From positions 96,001 through 160,000 of the forward strand of contig CAWJJC010000028.1 in NCBI GenBank assembly GCA_963843145.1: a DNA stretch of 64,000 nt, given 5' to 3'. Of this stretch, positions 59,143 to 64,000 are shown piece after piece (within the stretch, counting starts at the first letter, position 1; every line of letters starts with the position of its first letter). The notes under the pieces are model-generated. The model was not told where the DNA came from, ran no database searches, and was given only the letters and a program-made list of their open reading frames with translations. The position numbers and the translations under genes were made by a program. Origin of the DNA: an uncultured delta proteobacterium (GTDB taxonomy: Bacteria; Desulfobacterota; RBG-13-43-22).

Positions 59143-60063
59143 ATGGTCCGGATTCCGGGGAATGCTGTTCAAGACACGGTCCGATATCGGATCAAAGACG
59201 TCGCCGGTTTTCAGCTTCTGGAACTGTTGGTGGCCCTGGGGCTGATCGTCTCGATTCTGGGGCTAACCTACGAGCTGTTTATCCATCAGGCCGATGCTTT
59301 CAGACAACAGGGTCGAAAAGTGAATCGCCAACAGGTGCTCCGGGCCTCCCTGGAAATGATCAGCCGCGACCTCCGGCTGGCTGCCTATCCCGATGGGGAT
59401 GAGTCGCAGCGACTGATCGCTGACCTGGGGGTCCCGGAGGCGTATCTCCCCAAATACCCCCTGGCCGTAAACCTCCAGGAAGCGGTGACTATAATCTCCG
59501 GTGGACTTGATCCGGATGTAATTTCCATCCTGACGGTCTTGCCGAATGAAAACAACCCGACCGTCCTGGCCTCGGAGGTCCTGGCCGGTGGGAATATTTT
59601 AACTCTGTCGTTATCCGCTTCCGAGGTCAGCGACCAGTATCGGGTAGGGGATATCCTCTATCTCGGAAAACCTCCCCAATTTGCCCTGGTCAGAGCGATC
59701 AACGGCCGGAGCCTGACCATTGATGCCGATCCCAAGGATCCAGGGTGGCAGGGGTTAGAACAGACCCAACCTTCTGGAACAGAGGTGGGTGAAGTGAGCC
59801 TGGTCAGTTACGCCGTTTTTACCGACCAGAATGATTCGGGCGGGCATTTCCACGAGGCCGGAAGACCGGTGTTGAAACGAAAAATCAACGCCGGTGGATT
59901 TGAGCCGGTGGCGGAAGATATCTCGCATCTAAAAATCAAATCAGGGCCGAACGGTTCCTATGACCTTGAAATCGGGGCCCTTCTGGAGCCGGGAAGGGCT
60001 ACGGGCGCTGAAAAGGAAGGACAACCATTGCTTTTGAACTCACAGGTAAGGAGACGGAATTGA
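59143..60063 (+). CDS. PilW-like minor pilin
   Basis: AG|FQLLELLVAL; QQVLRASLEMISRDLRLA; EPVAEDI; SD AGGAGG. Confidence 0.8.
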   Translation: MVRIPGNAVQDTVRYRIKDVAGFQLLELLVALGLIVSILGLTYELFIHQADAFRQQGRKVNRQQVLRASLEMISRDLRLAAYPDGDESQRLIADLGVPEAYLPKYPLAVNLQEAVTIISGGLDPDVISILTVLPNENNPTVLASEVLAGGNILTLSLSASEVSDQYRVGDILYLGKPPQFALVRAINGRSLTIDADPKDPGWQGLEQTQPSGTEVGEVSLVSYAVFTDQNDSGGHFHEAGRPVLKRKINAGGFEPVAEDISHLKIKSGPNGSYDLEIGALLEPGRATGAEKEGQPLLLNSQVRRRN

Positions 60064-61190
60064 AGCGACCTAAAAAGGACAGCCGGAAGCAGGAAAAGGG
60101 CGCGGCCTTGGTCATGGTTTTACTGGCCATGCTGGGGGTAACCATCATCGGAACCACCGCCTTCCTGATGTCCGGGGCGGACCTGAAGATCATGGCCCAT
60201 TACCGGGATAGCCAACAGGTCCTCTATGCGGCCGAGGCTGGGGTTCAGACCCTCTTGGCCGGTTTTCGCGCCCACCCCGAATTCTTCCTCCTGAAGAAAA
60301 ACGGTTCGGAAATAGCGCTGCCGTTCCATGAGCCGGCGCAAGCCAATTGGAAACAGTATCGGCTTTGGGTGGAGTCTTTGCGCTACGATCCCGGAGCGGT
60401 TCCGGGTTTTGCTGAATTAGTTGTTCAGGCGGTCGATCCCCTTAATCAAACAACGGCTCGACTCAAGGCCACCATTCTGGGGGGCTTCAGCGGCGGGGCC
60501 CAGGAAGCCACCCCTCCCTTTCGAATTGGGCTGTTAACCGCCGGCAGCCTGCACTTGGGAGGGCCCATCCAAATGCAGACCCATATTCATGCCAATCAGG
60601 GGTTCGATCTTGACCCGACACTGGTCGATGGTCTGCGGCAGCAGCAATTCACCGTCAGTCAATCCGCGGATCCCCTCCGCGGCGACTATCGGGAGGCCTG
60701 GGAAGTGCCCGTACTTCAACCGGCCGATTTTGACCGGCTGCGGGGACAGGCCCAAGAGAAGGGAAACCATTATTTCGTCGGTCCCCAGACCCTGAAGTTG
60801 TCCGGAGATCAACAAGGAACCCTGATATTCGTGGATGGGGAGATAACGCTTGAGGGGGAGGAATTGAGCGGGATAACCCTGGTCAGTACCGGAAAAATCA
60901 CCTTCAAGGGTACTGCCCGGCTTAACGGAGCCCAGAAACTGAATGTGGCCTTCCTGGCCGGAGGAGATATCCTCGTGGAAGCGGCCACGGAGGCAGCGGC
61001 TGTATTCTGGTCGGGAGGGGCGTTTATTCCACCGGTCAACGGAAGCCTGGAGGGCCTGATCGTCAGCCGAGGATCCATTCACTCCTCGGGCCCTTTGATT
61101 TTCCGGCGCTCCGACCGGGTTGATAATCCCTACTTGCCTCATCCACCGCTGATAGGGGAATTTAGAGTAAAGGGATGGATGCAACTTTAG
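60060..61190 (+). CDS. PilX-like minor pilin
   Basis: KG|AALVMVLL (no Glu5); YAAEAGV; beta-helix-like C-terminus. Confidence 0.8.
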   Translation: MKRPKKDSRKQEKGAALVMVLLAMLGVTIIGTTAFLMSGADLKIMAHYRDSQQVLYAAEAGVQTLLAGFRAHPEFFLLKKNGSEIALPFHEPAQANWKQYRLWVESLRYDPGAVPGFAELVVQAVDPLNQTTARLKATILGGFSGGAQEATPPFRIGLLTAGSLHLGGPIQMQTHIHANQGFDLDPTLVDGLRQQQFTVSQSADPLRGDYREAWEVPVLQPADFDRLRGQAQEKGNHYFVGPQTLKLSGDQQGTLIFVDGEITLEGEELSGITLVSTGKITFKGTARLNGAQKLNVAFLAGGDILVEAATEAAAVFWSGGAFIPPVNGSLEGLIVSRGSIHSSGPLIFRRSDRVDNPYLPHPPLIGEFRVKGWMQL

Positions 61191-61385
61191 CCGCCGGAGA
61201 TCAAAAAAAATCTTGACATGCTTTATAATCCAAGTTAAATAGCCCCTTATCGAGGTTTTTGATTTTTATATGAATGTCCGATTCCCAGCAAGGTAAAAAG
61301 GTGACGTCGCTTTTTTACCTTTTTTTGTCCGGCCTGCAGTAACGGAGCTTTCATCCGTGTAGCCTATTTTTAAGGAGGGGGTACC

Positions 61386-61589
61386 ATGATGAGTCGAGGT
61401 AAAGTCAAGTGGTTTAACGATGCCAAGGGGTTTGGATTTATTGAAAGGGAGGGCGGATCCGACGTCTTTGTTCACTACACCGCCATCCAGAGTGATGGGT
61501 TTAAGACGCTTAAACAAGGGCAGGATGTGGAGTTTGAAATCAAGGATGGGGATAAGGGGTTGCAGGCTGCGAATGTCATGAAGGTTTAA
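61386..61589 (+). CDS. Cold-shock protein
   Basis: [21 protein letters not shown]. Confidence 0.95.
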   Translation: MMSRGKVKWFNDAKGFGFIEREGGSDVFVHYTAIQSDGFKTLKQGQDVEFEIKDGDKGLQAANVMKV

Positions 61590-61615
61590 CCATCCGCTGA
61601 AAATCTAAAAACACC

Positions 61616-61656
61616 AGGCCCTCAAATGGCATCGTCTTTTGGAGGGCCTTTTTTTA
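61616..61656 (+). terminator. Intrinsic terminator after the cold-shock gene
   Basis: AGGCCCTC...GAGGGCCT followed by a T-tract. Confidence 0.65.
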
Positions 61657-61723
61657 TTCCTTGGGTTCGAATCAACCTTGGCGGTTAAGAAGCCAAAAAT
61701 CCTTTTTCAGGGAACGCGGTCCT

Positions 61724-63442
61724 ATGCTGGAACTGCTGCAAATCCAAAATCTTGCCCTCATCGAAAACCTGGATATTGTCTTCGGCCCCGGGCTTAACGT
61801 CCTTTCCGGGGAAACCGGGGCCGGGAAATCGATTATCATCAAGGCCGTGAACCTTCTTTTGGGGAATAAGGCGACGGCGGAGGTAATCCGTCAGGGGACG
61901 ACGGAAGCCAACGTTTCGGCCCTGTTTGTACTGGAAGCGGGTGACGGCCGGAAGGTCGGGCCGTCCTGCCCTGAATGTTCAGAGGAATCCCAGTTGCTGT
62001 TTCGTCGGAGCATCCAGGGCGCCGGTAAAAGCCGGGCTTGGATTAACGGCCAAGTCGCCGGTTTGACCCAATTGGCCCAGCAAACCCGAACCCTGATCAG
62101 CATTTCCAACCAGCATGAATATCAAACCCTATTAAACCCCAATCAGCATCTTTCTTTTCTGGACCGTTTTGCCGATCTGGAAGATCTTCGCCAGGAAGTC
62201 AGAGAAGGCTATGAGGAATTGGAAAGGCAGGTTCGTCTGCTGGAAAGGCTCAAGGAGGAGGCGCGGCAACGAAATGACTTGGTGGAACTCTGGAATTTCC
62301 AGCTCCGGGAAATTCGCCAGGCCCAACTCAAACCCGGAGAGGAACAGGAATTGCGCCGGCGCAAGGAGGTCATGCGTCAGGCTGAGAAGATCTGGGAAAA
62401 GATCCATCAGGCTCAGGAAATCTTGGAGGGTTCGGACCAATCCCTCTCCAATTTGCTGGGGCGGGTAAAGGAGCTGGTGCGGTCGGTAGCCGTCATTGAT
62501 CCCACCTTGGAAGCAAGCCGAGAAACCCTGGACCGCCTGGGAGTGGAACTGTCGGAAATTGGGATTGTCCTTCGCCAGTACGGCCAAGGGTTAATTTTCG
62601 ATCCCCGGACCCTGGAGGAGGTGGAGGACCGGCTCCAGCAGTTCCAGCGTTTAGCGGCCAAATACGGTCCAACCGCCGAAGCGATTTTGGATTATTCGGC
62701 CACTCTGGAAGGGCAGTTAAAAGAACTAGAGGACAGCGGCCAGCGCCGAGGCGCCTTGGAGCAGGCCGTGGAAGACCGGCGCCGGGACGTATTCGAAATT
62801 TCCGAAGGCCTCTCCGCCCGGCGCCGCGAAAGCGCCCGGCGCTTGATCCGCCTGGTGGAGGAGGAATTTAAGGAATTGGGCCTTGCCGGCTGTCGCTTTG
62901 AAATCCAATTTACCTCACCGTCATTTGATCCCAAAACCGAATCGGTATTTTCCTATGGGGGCCGACTGTTGACTCCGGAGGGCCTGGAAAAGGGGGAATT
63001 CCTGCTGGCCCCTAATCCCGGGGAAGGGCTTCGTCCGTTGGCCCGCATCGCTTCGGGGGGAGAATTGTCCAGGATCCTTCTGGTGCTTAAAGGATTGCTT
63101 TCCCAACGCGGAGTGACCGAAACCCTGATTTTTGACGAAGTGGATGCCGGTATCGGGGGTAGCCTGGGAGAAAAGGTCGGACGCAAACTGAAAGCCTTGG
63201 CCCGGATTCATCAGGTTTTATGCATCACCCATCTGCCGCAAATCGCCGCCTTTGCCGACAGCCACTATCAGGTCATAAAAAAAGTAAAAGCCAAACGCAC
63301 CTACACCGAGATAAAAGTTTTGAACGAAGAAGAGCGGTTGCTGGAATTGGCCCGGATGTTGTCCGGGACCGCCCCCTCGGAATCGACCAAAATCCTGGCC
63401 AGGGAATTGTTGAACAGGTCTCAGGAACCGACCGAGTATTGA
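61724..63442 (+). CDS. recN: DNA repair protein RecN
   Basis: GETGAGKS, ASGGELSR, IFDEVDAGIGG, CITHLPQIA. Confidence 0.96.
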   Translation: MLELLQIQNLALIENLDIVFGPGLNVLSGETGAGKSIIIKAVNLLLGNKATAEVIRQGTTEANVSALFVLEAGDGRKVGPSCPECSEESQLLFRRSIQGAGKSRAWINGQVAGLTQLAQQTRTLISISNQHEYQTLLNPNQHLSFLDRFADLEDLRQEVREGYEELERQVRLLERLKEEARQRNDLVELWNFQLREIRQAQLKPGEEQELRRRKEVMRQAEKIWEKIHQAQEILEGSDQSLSNLLGRVKELVRSVAVIDPTLEASRETLDRLGVELSEIGIVLRQYGQGLIFDPRTLEEVEDRLQQFQRLAAKYGPTAEAILDYSATLEGQLKELEDSGQRRGALEQAVEDRRRDVFEISEGLSARRRESARRLIRLVEEEFKELGLAGCRFEIQFTSPSFDPKTESVFSYGGRLLTPEGLEKGEFLLAPNPGEGLRPLARIASGGELSRILLVLKGLLSQRGVTETLIFDEVDAGIGGSLGEKVGRKLKALARIHQVLCITHLPQIAAFADSHYQVIKKVKAKRTYTEIKVLNEEERLLELARMLSGTAPSESTKILARELLNRSQEPTEY

Positions 63443-64000
63443 TGGCTTTACCCTCCGACTGCGCGATTAATCCCAAGAAATCCGGTCGTGAACCGGCCAT
63501 CGGCCCTTTGGCTATACTGGTGGCGGTTCCCGGGGACTTGAAAATGCTGAGCCAGACGATCCAGCCTCCAGGGGAACTCCGTTTCAAAAATCCCTGGCTG
63601 CGACTCTATCATTTACCGCACCCGCCCCGGACCCTGGCCTTGGCCGGACCGGTTCTGGGATCTCCGCAGGCGGTCATGGTGCTGGAGAAATTGATTGCCC
63701 TCGGGGCCCGGAGCGTGCTGCTCTTCGGCTGGACCGGCAGTCTGAAATCGGATTTGTTGCCGGGAGATCTCCTCCTCCCGGACTGGGCCGAAAGCGATGA
63801 GGGCACTTCCCGGCATTACACCCCCGAACCCAATCCCCGTGCCCATCCCCGGTTTTCGGCGGACCTGCGGAGGGCGCTGGACCACTCGGGCCTGTCTTAC
63901 CGCGTGGGCCCGGTCTGGACGACCGACGCTCCCTATCGGGAAACCTGGCCCAAGATCCGGGCCTGTCAGTCCCGAGGCATCTGGGGGGTCGACATGGAGA
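63442..64000 (+). CDS. Nucleoside phosphorylase family protein, 3'-truncated by window edge
   Basis: Translated by hand from ATG 63442: GSPQAVMVLEKLIALG..GWTGSL..SDEGTSRHY..VWTTDAPYRET..GVDME. Confidence 0.88.
   Translation, partial: MALPSDCAINPKKSGREPAIGPLAILVAVPGDLKMLSQTIQPPGELRFKNPWLRLYHLPHPPRTLALAGPVLGSPQAVMVLEKLIALGARSVLLFGWTGSLKSDLLPGDLLLPDWAESDEGTSRHYTPEPNPRAHPRFSADLRRALDHSGLSYRVGPVWTTDAPYRETWPKIRACQSRGIWGVDME

Overview
A gene-dense bacterial chromosome segment of mostly housekeeping genes. The qrcABCD operon, sigma-54-driven type IVa pilus genes and overall gene content suggest an anaerobic Desulfobacterota (deltaproteobacterium); this is inference. It holds about 60 CDSs, including the 3' part of a type I R-M methyltransferase, a fused AccA-AccD carboxyltransferase, pilA, lemA, an RhlE-type helicase, a VIT-vWA protein, a PAS hybrid kinase, mtaB-mnmA, uxs, qrcABCD, pilMNOPQ, ihfB, hisC-cmk-rpsA, pilD-fimT-pilW-pilX, a cold-shock gene and recN. 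RNA genes are tRNA-His and a large, Alu-containing SRP RNA. Several genes carry single-base indels, often in homopolymer runs, which probably reflect long-read consensus error. The most unusual layer is intergenic. A recurring ~54-bp imperfect palindromic site and its 14-bp half-site bracket 150-290-bp non-coding cassettes with interchangeable REP-like cargo, arranged in shuffled tandem arrays. Other highlights are three-level nested palindromes, a duplicated double-hairpin element whose 16-nt loop is inverted between copies, and a DUF1573-like gene with an in-frame UGA followed by a SECIS-like hairpin. No transposase, integrase or CRISPR array was seen.
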